Of a stretch of DNA of 64,000 nucleotides, positions 55,722-64,000 are shown piece after piece. Numbering within the stretch: position 1 is the stretch's first letter; every line of letters begins with the position of its first letter. The notes beneath the pieces are model-generated. The model did no database searches, was not told the DNA's origin, and saw nothing but the letters and a program-made list of their open reading frames with translations. Source of the stretch: Candidatus Sericytochromatia bacterium (GTDB lineage Bacteria > Cyanobacteriota > Sericytochromatia > S15B-MN24 > JAQBPE01); contig JAYKHR010000004.1 of assembly GCA_035285125.1 (NCBI GenBank), positions 1-64,000 of the forward strand. The letters are read 5' to 3'. A program made the position numbers and the translations under genes.

Positions 55722-56810
55722 ATGGCCACTGCCGAGCAGATCCTGTCCGCCCTGCGCGAGATCGAGGTGCCCGACCTGGGCGCGGACCTCGTCACCCTGG
55801 GGATGGTCCAGGACGTGAAGAGTCTGCACGGCATCGTCACTTTCACGATCGTCGTGAAGCCCGGCGCCACAGCCCTTCAGGGCCAACTGGACGCCCCCGT
55901 CAAGGCCGCCGTCCGAGCCCTCCCAGGCATCAGCGACGTGGCGGTGCACTGGCTGGTCAAGCCCGAGGCCAGGCCTGCCGCGGCGCCGGCAGCCAAGGGC
56001 ACCCCGCCGGGCGGGCCCGCAGGCCTGCCGGCAGGCGTGAAGCACGTCATCGCCGTGGGCTCGGGCAAGGGCGGCGTGGGGAAGTCCACCGTGACGGCGA
56101 ACCTCGCGCTGGCGCTCTCGGCCTCAGGCCTGCGCGTGGGCGTGCTGGACGCCGACATCTACGGCCCCAGCATGCCCTTCCTGCTGGGCGTTACAGGCGA
56201 GAAGCCCCACGTCGAGAACGACAAGCTGGTGCCCATCGAGGCCCACGGGCTCAAGGTGATGTCGATGGGCTTCCTGCTGCCGGACCCGGACGAGCCCGTC
56301 GTCTGGCGCGGCCCGATGCTGGCCGGCGCGATGCGGCAGTTCTTCCAAGACGTCAGCTGGGGCGAGCTCGACTGCCTGCTCGTGGACCTGCCGCCCGGCA
56401 CGGGGGACGTGCCGCTCTCGCTCGTGCAGCTCGTGCCCGTCAGCGGGGCCGTCATCGTGCTCACACCCCAGCCCGTGGCGGCCGCGATCGGCACGAAGAC
56501 GCTGCGCATGCTGCAGGCCGCCAAGGCCCCGATCCTGGGCGTGGTGGAGAACATGAGCCACTTCGTGTGCGGCTGCGGGCGCGAGACGGACATCTTCGAC
56601 CGTGGCGGCGGGCGCATCGTCGCGGAGCACGCGGAGGTGCCTTTCCTCGGTGAGATCCCGCTGGACCCCGCCATCCGGGCCAGCGGCGATCGGGGCATCC
56701 CCGTCGTGGTGGCCGAGCCCGACGGGGCGCACGCGCAGGCATTCCACCGGCTGGCGACGGCGGTGCAGGAGCAGCTGCTACACGCCTCGACCCCTCTCAG
56801 CCGGCGCTGA
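55722..56810 (+). CDS. mrp: Mrp/NBP35 (ApbC) Fe-S cluster carrier ATPase with N-terminal DUF59 domain
   Basis: [37 protein letters not shown]. Confidence 0.95.
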   Translation: MATAEQILSALREIEVPDLGADLVTLGMVQDVKSLHGIVTFTIVVKPGATALQGQLDAPVKAAVRALPGISDVAVHWLVKPEARPAAAPAAKGTPPGGPAGLPAGVKHVIAVGSGKGGVGKSTVTANLALALSASGLRVGVLDADIYGPSMPFLLGVTGEKPHVENDKLVPIEAHGLKVMSMGFLLPDPDEPVVWRGPMLAGAMRQFFQDVSWGELDCLLVDLPPGTGDVPLSLVQLVPVSGAVIVLTPQPVAAAIGTKTLRMLQAAKAPILGVVENMSHFVCGCGRETDIFDRGGGRIVAEHAEVPFLGEIPLDPAIRASGDRGIPVVVAEPDGAHAQAFHRLATAVQEQLLHASTPLSRR

Positions 56811-56821
56811 CCCCAAGACGT

Positions 56822-56845
56822 GAGGCCCTCCTGGCGGAGGGCCTC
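56822..56845. terminator. 10-bp GC hairpin between convergent genes
   Basis: GAGGCCCTCC-TGGC-GGAGGGCCTC; no U-tract. Confidence 0.45.
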
Positions 56846-56871
56846 GGCGCTGGGCGGCGTTGGGGACAGGC

Positions 56872-58122
56872 TCAGCGAGACCCCATCCGCTCGATCTGGC
56901 GCATGGCCTCCTCGTAGGTGAGGTCGACGCCAGGCGTCGGCGCAGGCACCTGATAGCCCTGCGGGCCCGCGGGCGCGGTCTGGCCGCCGGCGTTGTAGCC
57001 GCTGTCAGCTGCCCGACCGCCCCCGGCGCCCAGCATGCCCTTGAGCGGGTTGCGGAGGAACTTCTCGTAAACCGAGCCGCCCAGGAAGCCAAGGCCGAGG
57101 CCGATCACGAAGCCTGCGGCGGTGCCGACACCAGGGAACAGCGCCGTGCCGATGGCCGCGCCAGCTGCGGCGGAGCCCCAGCCGATCGCGCCGTAGGCCG
57201 CCGTGTCGACGACGGAGAGCCCGAGGAACTGCATCACATTGATCTGGCCCTGCGCCAGCTGGATGGCGTTGCTGGCCAGCGAGAAGACGCCCGCGACCAC
57301 GAAGTTGCCCTTGGCGCCGCTCAGCAAGTTGCCGAGGAAGCCCTTGACCCCGGTCTTGGCGCCTTCCTTAGCGGCGGCTTGTCCGGCGACGGCAGCGGCC
57401 TCGGTCGTCGCCGCCTTCGCCACCGTCTCGGCACCGGCCCCGGCGGCCTTCGCGACGAGGGCCTTCGCGTCCTTCGCGTAGAAACCCAGCTGCTTGAGGG
57501 CTTCATAGGCGTTGGGATCTTGCAGGGCCTTCTTGACGGCGGCCTCCGAGGCCTGCGTGAAGCCCTTCTTCATCGTCATGCCGAGGGCCTGCTTGGCGAG
57601 GTCGTCCGCGGCGCTCGACACGACCTGCCGGCTCACGGCGCCCGCCGCATTGCCGCCGAGCGCCGCCAGCCTCTCCGCGCTCTTCGCCCCGAGCTCCTTC
57701 GCCAATTCGGGCGACAGGCCCGCCTTCGCCAGCTTGCCGGCGACGTCCCCACCCTCGAGGGCGATCTGCGTCACCTGCGCCTTGCTGAGGCCGTTCAGCG
57801 CATCCTTGCCGAGCTTGCCGATGGCCTCGTTGAGGATGAAATCGGGTCCGAGGAAGTTCCGCACGAAGGGAACCTTGGCCGCGAGCCGCGTGAACAGGCT
57901 CTGCTGGGCCAACGCATCGGAAAGAGGCAGGTTCTTGGCCGTGCCCTCGAGCAGCGCGCCAGGGTTGCCCAGCGACTTCTTGAAGGCGTCCATCGAGAAC
58001 TTGGCCGCGTTGGGGTCCACGGGCGTGAGCCGCGCGATCTGGCGGGCCGTCAGCCCTGCATTGATCGCCACCGGCATCGTGTTTTGCGAGTCGCCGCCCA
58101 CTTGCGCCATCGTGATCCCCAT
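56872..58122 (-). CDS. Hypothetical Ala/Gly/Lys-rich helical protein with C-terminal glycine-zipper hydrophobic hairpin
   Basis: GGAAGG RBS; no signal peptide; GAAIGTALFPGVGTAAGFVIGLGLGFLGG. Confidence 0.75.
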   Translation of the reverse strand: MGITMAQVGGDSQNTMPVAINAGLTARQIARLTPVDPNAAKFSMDAFKKSLGNPGALLEGTAKNLPLSDALAQQSLFTRLAAKVPFVRNFLGPDFILNEAIGKLGKDALNGLSKAQVTQIALEGGDVAGKLAKAGLSPELAKELGAKSAERLAALGGNAAGAVSRQVVSSAADDLAKQALGMTMKKGFTQASEAAVKKALQDPNAYEALKQLGFYAKDAKALVAKAAGAGAETVAKAATTEAAAVAGQAAAKEGAKTGVKGFLGNLLSGAKGNFVVAGVFSLASNAIQLAQGQINVMQFLGLSVVDTAAYGAIGWGSAAAGAAIGTALFPGVGTAAGFVIGLGLGFLGGSVYEKFLRNPLKGMLGAGGGRAADSGYNAGGQTAPAGPQGYQVPAPTPGVDLTYEEAMRQIERMGSR

Positions 58123-58458
58123 CCTTCCTTCCGGACGCGGCCGGAATGCGCTGTTGATGATCTTATAGCCGACAAGGGTTCCGACCTACCGTTTCCAACG
58201 AGAATTTAACAATCAACCGAAAGATGCTTAACCTGGCATAAGGACGGCTTAGGTTCTTTAACGCGTCCCTGATTCAGCCACCACCTCACCCTAAGGTGCT
58301 GTCGCGCGGAGCCGGCGGCATCGCCCGACCCACCTTAAGGGCAGTTTGTCTGGCGTGATGCACGACGGCCCCCAGCCGCGGCGGCCTGGCGGCGGCAGGT
58401 CGATGCCAGGCACGCTGAAAGGGCTGTCCGACGCTCGAGCGCAGCCCTGAAAACCCTC

Positions 58459-58480
58459 AACTGTGCGCTGTGTCACGTTT
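58459..58480. promoter_or_regulatory. CRP/FNR-family-like binding site
   Basis: AACTGTGC-N6-TCACGTTT versus the CRP consensus AAATGTGA-N6-TCACATTT (13 of 16 positions match). Confidence 0.5.
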
Positions 58481-58645
58481 TGAGGGCTCACCCAGGGGGT
58501 ATGTTGAGGTCAGGAACCAGGTGATCCGCCCCGCACAACGGCGTGCAAGCGGTCGTGGCCTCTTGCTCGGGTCGATGCAGACCCGTACCCGGTCGTTCCC
58601 TCCTGGCGCACGTCCGCCCCGTAACATCGCATGGAGGAGCCGTCC

Positions 58646-60205
58646 ATGTCCGAGGAGCGCTCGAGCCAGGTCTTCGTCTCGCCTGCCCCAGGCGGGTCGT
58701 CCCCACGGAGTTGCCCCGCCGTGATGCCCAGGGCCCTGCTGGCCGTTCTTGTGTTGGGAGGCCTGCTGCTTCAGCCAGGCCAGCCTGCCGCCGCGGCCGC
58801 CAAGGCCCCCCGGCAAGCCCCTGGCCTGGTGTCCATCGACGGCCACAAGACACGCATCTGCCTGCCGCTGCGACAAGCGCGCGTGGTCAAGCGCACCAGC
58901 AGGGTCTCGGGCTTCAGCCTGGAGGCGACCAGCCAGGCGCCGGCGCCGCTGGCGCTGGACCGCCTGCTGCACCAGGGCGCCTTGCACCACCTGCGGGTCC
59001 AAAACTTCGAGAACAAGACCTTCATCCAGGCAGACTGGCGCTTCGCGGCCCCCGTGGAGGTGCTGGTGCGCCCCGACGCGCTGGAGCTCGTGTTCCACCA
59101 TCGCAAGGCCTCGCCGGTGTTCCGCACCGTCGCCCGCGGCGTCTCCTTGTGGGAGGGCCAACGCTGGACCGGGGCGGGGCCGATGCGGGTGCGCGCGCTG
59201 CAGCTCGACCCGCGGCACGTCAAGCTGGAGCCCGCGATCGCGACCGCCGGCTCACGTCGCATGGGGCTTTCGCGCGTGAGCAGCTTCGGCCAGTGGCACG
59301 GGGCGATCGCCGCGGTGAACGGGACCTACTTCTCCCCCTCGAACGGGGAGCCCCAGGGCACGCTGGTGATCGACCGCCAGCTGATCAGCCGGACGATGCT
59401 GGACCGGCCGAGCGTGTGGTTCCAGCGCTCCGGCGCGCTGTCGATCCAGGTGGACAAGCCCTTCCCGAGCGTGGTGCTCGAGGACGGCACCGCGCTGCGC
59501 TGCCAGGGGCTGAACGAGGTCGCGCGGCGCAACCGCGTCACGCTGTACACGGGCCACTACGGCCTGCGCACCCGCACGACGGCGGACCCGAGCCGCCACG
59601 AGGTCGCGGTCAACGCCGGCGGCCGGGTGGTCGGGCTCGGCGCGGGAAACACCGAGATCCCGAGCGGCGGCTACGTGCTGAGCGGCCAGGGCAGCGCCGC
59701 AGGCCTGCTGCGGCGCGCCATCGGCGAGGGGCAGCAACTTCGGCTGGACTGCAAGCTGCCCGCGGCCGTGGAGCATGCGCTCGGCGGCGGCCCCACCCTG
59801 CTTCAGGGGGGCAAGGTCCGGGTGCTGGCCCGGCAGCAGCACTTCCGGTCAGACGTGGCGCGCGGCCGCTCGCCGCGTACAGCCATCGGAATCACCCGCG
59901 ACGCGCGCTACATGCTCGTCACGGTCGACGGTCGGCGGCCGGGCTACAGCGTGGGGGCCACCCTCGGCGAGCTTGCCACCGTGATGCGCGAGTTGGGCGC
60001 GGTGGAGGCCCTGAACCTGGACGGCGGCGGCTCGACCACGATGTGGGTGCGGGGGCGGACGCTGGGGCGCCCATCGGACGGCCACGAGCGTCCTGTCAGC
60101 ACCGCCTTGCTGGTGTTGCCCCGCAAGCCCGACGAGGTCGCGGGCGCCCCGAACCTGCGGGACCTCCTGGCGGCGTGGTCGGGTGGCGGGGCCGGGAATT
60201 TCTGA
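58646..60205 (+). CDS. Phosphodiester glycosidase family (NAGPA/DUF2233) secreted protein
   Basis: AAVNGTYF, GGGPTLL, PRTAIG, VTVDGR, ALNLDGGGST, ERPV; GGAGGAG RBS (alternative start 58724). Confidence 0.88.
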   Translation: MSEERSSQVFVSPAPGGSSPRSCPAVMPRALLAVLVLGGLLLQPGQPAAAAAKAPRQAPGLVSIDGHKTRICLPLRQARVVKRTSRVSGFSLEATSQAPAPLALDRLLHQGALHHLRVQNFENKTFIQADWRFAAPVEVLVRPDALELVFHHRKASPVFRTVARGVSLWEGQRWTGAGPMRVRALQLDPRHVKLEPAIATAGSRRMGLSRVSSFGQWHGAIAAVNGTYFSPSNGEPQGTLVIDRQLISRTMLDRPSVWFQRSGALSIQVDKPFPSVVLEDGTALRCQGLNEVARRNRVTLYTGHYGLRTRTTADPSRHEVAVNAGGRVVGLGAGNTEIPSGGYVLSGQGSAAGLLRRAIGEGQQLRLDCKLPAAVEHALGGGPTLLQGGKVRVLARQQHFRSDVARGRSPRTAIGITRDARYMLVTVDGRRPGYSVGATLGELATVMRELGAVEALNLDGGGSTTMWVRGRTLGRPSDGHERPVSTALLVLPRKPDEVAGAPNLRDLLAAWSGGGAGNF

Positions 60206-60294
60206 AGCTTTAGCCAGACTTAACAGGGTTTTAAGAACCTGCTGGCGGCGGCTGGCGATAAGGACCTCGTCCCCTTTCGACCGAGGTCGCCCCG

Positions 60295-61218
60295 ATGGCC
60301 GCCACCACCCAGCTTTCCTCGCGCCTGGTCGCCCTGCTGCTCGGCGCTGCCCTGACGGGCTGTGCCAAGGCCTCTCCCGCGACCCCCCCGATGGCGTCGC
60401 GGCTGACGCGCCCGGCGGTGGCAGCACCGGCCGCGCCCCCCGTGGTCGCGGCGACGACGGCCCCGGTGGCGACGCCCACCCCGACGGGAACCGTGGCGCT
60501 CTCCCTCAACGCCCTGATTGCGCCTGGCATCACGGGCGTCGGCATCGAACTGACGGGCCCCGGCCTCACCGCGCCGATCGGCAAGGTCCTGACACCGAAG
60601 GAGCTCGAGACCAGTAACACGCTCGTCTTCGAGCACCTGCCGGCCGGCGCCCTCACGGCCCGCGTCGTGGCCTTCGGGGAGGCGGACCAGCCCCTCGCGG
60701 AGGTCTCCTCCCCCGTGACCATCAAGGGCGACGACGAGTCCCGCGTCGCCCTCCTGCTCAGCGCGACGCCCGACGTCGCCAAGGGGGGGGCCCCCGTCAG
60801 CCTGCGCTTCGTTGCGCCCGAAACCCTCGCCTCGCCCAAGCCGGAGCCCGCTCCCGCCGGTGCCACGCCGGCACGGCCGGTGTCGCCAGCAAGCCGGGCC
60901 CTGTCGCTCGAGATCGTGGACAAGCAGGTGCTGCGCAAGTTCCTGCTCCTGAAGCGGCTCGTGGTGACGGTCCGCGTCACGAACGACAACCCCACGGAGA
61001 CGCTTCGCGGCGAGGTCAAGGTCCAGTTCCACAAGCTCAAGGGGCTGCTGACGAAGACCGACACCGTTGTCGAGACGCTCACGGCCCCCGTCGAGAGCCT
61101 GGCCCCGGGCAAGTCGATGGAGGTCACGCTGACCTCCACGGTCTCGGCCGAGGACGCCAAGGCGACGGTCCACACGGTGGTGGCCTCGTCCTCCGCGTCC
61201 ACGCGCGACGAGGAGTGA
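60295..61218 (+). CDS. Hypothetical lipoprotein with two beta-rich domains
   Basis: Lipobox LTGC; GAGG RBS; VTVRVTN...LAPGKS Ig-like C-terminus. Confidence 0.7.
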   Translation: MAATTQLSSRLVALLLGAALTGCAKASPATPPMASRLTRPAVAAPAAPPVVAATTAPVATPTPTGTVALSLNALIAPGITGVGIELTGPGLTAPIGKVLTPKELETSNTLVFEHLPAGALTARVVAFGEADQPLAEVSSPVTIKGDDESRVALLLSATPDVAKGGAPVSLRFVAPETLASPKPEPAPAGATPARPVSPASRALSLEIVDKQVLRKFLLLKRLVVTVRVTNDNPTETLRGEVKVQFHKLKGLLTKTDTVVETLTAPVESLAPGKSMEVTLTSTVSAEDAKATVHTVVASSSASTRDEE

Positions 61219-61227
61219 GCGCCGGCC

Positions 61228-61488
61228 TCAGAGCTGGCTCAGCCGTTCGCTGCGCTCCCCGGCCAGCACCCGGCGCAGCCAGAACTCGCTGACGCGGCTG
61301 ACGAGCACGACCTCGCCATCGAGGGCCACGACCGGGATCTTCGTGCCGTACAGCGCCTCGAGCGCAGGATCTGCGCCGATGTCGACGGCCTCGAACTCGA
61401 AGGGCACATCGCGCCGCACGCGGCCGATCAGCGCCTCGGCCTTGTCGCACAGACAACAAGCCGCACGGGTATAGAGCGTCAGGCGCAC
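61228..61488 (-). CDS. Glutaredoxin-like protein (DUF836 type)
   Basis: LTLYTRAACCLCDKA...VDI...YGTKIPVV; GGAGG RBS. Confidence 0.85.
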   Translation of the reverse strand: MRLTLYTRAACCLCDKAEALIGRVRRDVPFEFEAVDIGADPALEALYGTKIPVVALDGEVVLVSRVSEFWLRRVLAGERSERLSQL

Positions 61489-61507
61489 TGGGGCCTCCTC
61501 CTGCCCA

Positions 61508-62101
61508 TCAGGGCTCCCCACCCGGCGGCACCACCACCGGGTCGGCCGGGAAACTGGGCTCGGCTGGCTCCTGGGGCGCCGTGGGCCCCGCGAGCTCCGG
61601 GCCGGGCAGGGGCCGCCTCGCATCACTTCGGGGCCGAGCGGGCGGGGCCACCTGGGCCGCCACGCGGATCAGGCCCTGCGGCTCCAGGATCTGGGCCACC
61701 ACGGGCGTGCGGGTCCTGAGCCGGACGTAGAGCCTCACACGCCCACGGGCGGGCACGGTGTACATCCAGGCGGCGATCGCCGGGTCCGCGAGCACGCCGA
61801 AGCGCCGCCCCTCGGCCGCGATTTCGCTGGCTGCGAACTCGAAGTACAGCCAGCGCGGGTTGCCCCGCAACACGTGCACGGCGTAGTCGGGCGCCTGACC
61901 CGCGTAAGGCACCACCAGGGCCCGGCCGCGCTCAGCCGGCGCCCCCAGCGCCGTGCGCGCCTCGCCCGCGAGCGCCCGCGCCCCCTGGGCGGGCAGAGCC
62001 TGCCAGCCCCCTGACTCCGGGCGCGCCTCGGCCTTGCCTGCGCCCCCCAAGCTCACGCCAATTGCCAGCGCCACCAGGCGCCTGCCCCTCTGGTCCGACA
62101 T
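61508..62101 (-). CDS. Secreted protein with AMIN-like domain
   Basis: Signal peptide ending AEA; YAVHVLRGNPRWLYFEF resembles the AMIN motif. Confidence 0.55.
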   Translation of the reverse strand: MSDQRGRRLVALAIGVSLGGAGKAEARPESGGWQALPAQGARALAGEARTALGAPAERGRALVVPYAGQAPDYAVHVLRGNPRWLYFEFAASEIAAEGRRFGVLADPAIAAWMYTVPARGRVRLYVRLRTRTPVVAQILEPQGLIRVAAQVAPPARPRSDARRPLPGPELAGPTAPQEPAEPSFPADPVVVPPGGEP

Positions 62102-62155
62102 CGCGGCCTCAAGCCCCCTGCCTGGCTCAGCTTAACACGCCGCCCGGCGCGACCG

Positions 62156-63787
62156 TCAGGGACGGACAGTCGCGATCGTCGCGGGGACGGCGACGCCAGG
62201 CCCGCCAGGGGCAAGCTCGGCTGAGACGGGGGCCGTCACGCCGGCCTGCGGGTCCGCCACAATGGGCGCGGGCGGGACCACGGGCATCGCCAGCAGCGGG
62301 TCCGCCGCGGGGGGCGCGGGCGGGACGGCGGGCACGGCCAGCAACGGGTCCGACACGGGGGGAGTGGGCGGGACGGCGGGCACGGCCAGCAACGGGTCCG
62401 ACACGGGAGGAGTGGGCGGAACGGCGGGCACGACCAGCTGCGGGTCCGACACGGGGGGCGCGAGCGGGACGGCGGGCACGGCCAGCAGTGGGTCCGACAC
62501 GGGGGGCGCGAGCGAGACGGCGGGCACGGCCAGCAGCGGGTCCGCCACGGGGGGCGCGGGCGGCAGGCCCGGCGCGAGGACCGAGGCCGGTACCGGCTGC
62601 GACGCCGTGGGGCCGACGGGCGAGGAAGCGAACACCGGCCCAGGTTGCGGCGCCACGGGCGCAGGCCCGCCTGGCGGGAGACCCGGCATCCCAGGTGCAG
62701 CGGGAGCGGGGCCAGCCGGCGCGTTGCCCGGCCGGGGGCCCAGGAACGCCGGCAGCTGAGGCGCGCCGGGCGCCCGACGCAGCAGCCCCACTACGGGGTC
62801 CATGAACCGCCGAACGGCTGCCCAGGAGGCCGCAGGCTGGCTGACCCAGCCCCACGCGCCCCTGGCAGCCCCCACCACCGCCACACCGGCCGTGCGGAAA
62901 GCGCCCACGATCCCATCTCCTGCGGCGCGGAGGGCCGGCCCAGGGTGCTGTACGGCCCACGCCGTGGCCGCCCCGGCCCGCTGCAGGGCGGGCTGGACGG
63001 TCGGCCAGAAGTCGCGCAGCACCAGCAGCAGCTGGGCGTAGCTGGCCACCGCGTAGACGGCCTTGAGGCCCCGGGTGGCAGGCAGCAGCCAGAACGCCGC
63101 CTTCAGCGAGGCAAGGCTGACATCGAGGACCTTGCGGGCCCGCTGCCAGCCCGTGGTGGTCGGGTCCAGGAAGGTCCGGCGGGTCGCGATCGCCTCGCCC
63201 ACCAGCACGCCGATGTCAGCGACCGGGAGCAACACCCTGAGGAGGACGCCCAGCGGCTTGCCGATGGCCTGCATCAGGGGCATCTGTCCGACGCGCGTCG
63301 CCACCTTGGCGATGCCCTCGGACCGCGACAGGATGCCCACCGTGCCCTGGGTCCCCACCACCACGCCCTGGGCGCTGAAGATCGTGCCGGCGCCGGCGCG
63401 CGCCAGCTGCTCGATCTTGTCGAGCCGCGCCGCCGCGGTGGCCGTGGGATCCTCCAGCATCGTGGACAGCTCCTGGAAGCTCGTGGCCGTCTTGCGGGCC
63501 ATCGCGGGCAGCGCGATGGCGGAAAGCACCAGGCCCGAGACGGTCGCCGTGTCGCCAGCGAGCCGAAACAGCTGTTCCTCGACCGGATGGGTCTGCAGGC
63601 CGACCTCGGACTTGAGGTTGCGGTACTTCAGCGCCACGTCGGCGCTGCCGCGAACCACCCCCACCCCGTTGGCCTTGTGCGCGTTCCCCGCGGAGACAGC
63701 CAGCTCTGCCGCCGCCCGGCTGACGCGGTAAGACCGCTCGGCAGAGCTGCGCAGCTGGTTGTAGAGGTGGGGATCTCGCAGGGGCAC
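62156..63787 (-). CDS. Hypothetical protein with hydrophobic helices and Pro-rich 16-aa repeat tail
   Basis: GAGGAG RBS before GTG 63787; several amphipathic or hydrophobic helices; tandem repeat C-terminus. Confidence 0.7.
   Translation of the reverse strand: MPLRDPHLYNQLRSSAERSYRVSRAAAELAVSAGNAHKANGVGVVRGSADVALKYRNLKSEVGLQTHPVEEQLFRLAGDTATVSGLVLSAIALPAMARKTATSFQELSTMLEDPTATAAARLDKIEQLARAGAGTIFSAQGVVVGTQGTVGILSRSEGIAKVATRVGQMPLMQAIGKPLGVLLRVLLPVADIGVLVGEAIATRRTFLDPTTTGWQRARKVLDVSLASLKAAFWLLPATRGLKAVYAVASYAQLLLVLRDFWPTVQPALQRAGAATAWAVQHPGPALRAAGDGIVGAFRTAGVAVVGAARGAWGWVSQPAASWAAVRRFMDPVVGLLRRAPGAPQLPAFLGPRPGNAPAGPAPAAPGMPGLPPGGPAPVAPQPGPVFASSPVGPTASQPVPASVLAPGLPPAPPVADPLLAVPAVSLAPPVSDPLLAVPAVPLAPPVSDPQLVVPAVPPTPPVSDPLLAVPAVPPTPPVSDPLLAVPAVPPAPPAADPLLAMPVVPPAPIVADPQAGVTAPVSAELAPGGPGVAVPATIATVRP
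62250..62560 (-). repeat. Coding tandem repeat, about 6.5 x 48 bp
   Basis: GGGTCCG recurs at 62250, 62298, 62346, 62394, 62442, 62490 and 62538; unit (S/A)DPLLAVPAVPP(T/A)PPV. Confidence 0.9.
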
Positions 63788-63979
63788 GGCGGCGGAACTC
63801 CTCGCGGGGCTGCCTTGGTTGTCGGCGGCCGTGGCCCCTGCTTGCCCAAGCGTCGTTTAAGCTTGGCCCAAGAGTTCGTTATAACGAACGGTCCAGGCCA
63901 GGGGTATAAAGACGGCAGCCGACGACAGGCCACGCGCGACGCCCCGCGGCTGGCTCTCGATCGCCGACGTGGAGGCCGG

Positions 63980-64000
63980 ATGTCCCTGGGAACTCTCTGG
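63980..64000 (+). CDS. Probable start of a CDS truncated by the window edge
   Basis: GGAGG followed by ATG at 63980; only 7 codons visible. Confidence 0.3.

Noticed and set aside
58291..58640. Short ORFs in the long intergenic region before the NAGPA gene
   Set aside because: No RBS or recognisable protein features; the region is better explained as regulatory DNA.
62250..62560. Regularly spaced repeats resembling a CRISPR array
   Set aside because: Whole 48-bp units are similar with no unique spacers, they are in frame within a CDS, and no cas genes are present.
1..64000. Prophage, insertion sequence or genomic island
   Set aside because: No integrase, transposase, phage structural gene, tRNA attachment site or extended compositional shift was seen.

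Overview
A very GC-rich (roughly 70-75% by eye), densely coding bacterial chromosomal segment with about 50 CDS. I found no rRNA, tRNA, CRISPR array, transposase or integrase. Housekeeping genes include mutS, rpmB, hslO, ribH, lysA-cdaA-cdaR-uppS-holA, coaX, speD and mrp. Also present are an ovothiol synthase (ovoA), a CPA1 Na+/H+ antiporter, an RND permease and a wzc-cpsB-wza polysaccharide export trio. Signalling proteins include a Ser/Thr kinase-AAA-TPR-GAF-histidine kinase, a P-loop/TPR/BTAD regulator, a degenerate GGDEF protein, a DUF4388/MshEN-like protein and a triple-HTH protein. Nine predicted lipoproteins occur, six of them sharing a prealbumin-like motif. The lysA-cdaA-uppS synteny, diderm envelope genes, high GC and (I/V)(I/V/L)xNNxG repeats suggest a non-photosynthetic cyanobacterial relative such as Ca. 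Sericytochromatia; this is inference. The best leads are a ~180-nt multi-stem RNA-like element between the antiporter and ovoA, the paralogous surface-lipoprotein family linked to the export trio, a SAMHD1-like HD protein with a wHTH-like tail, and recurring intergenic motifs (GGGTAT boxes, leaderless starts, a CRP-like site). All domain calls come from motif recognition by eye, not database searches, and several start codons are best guesses.
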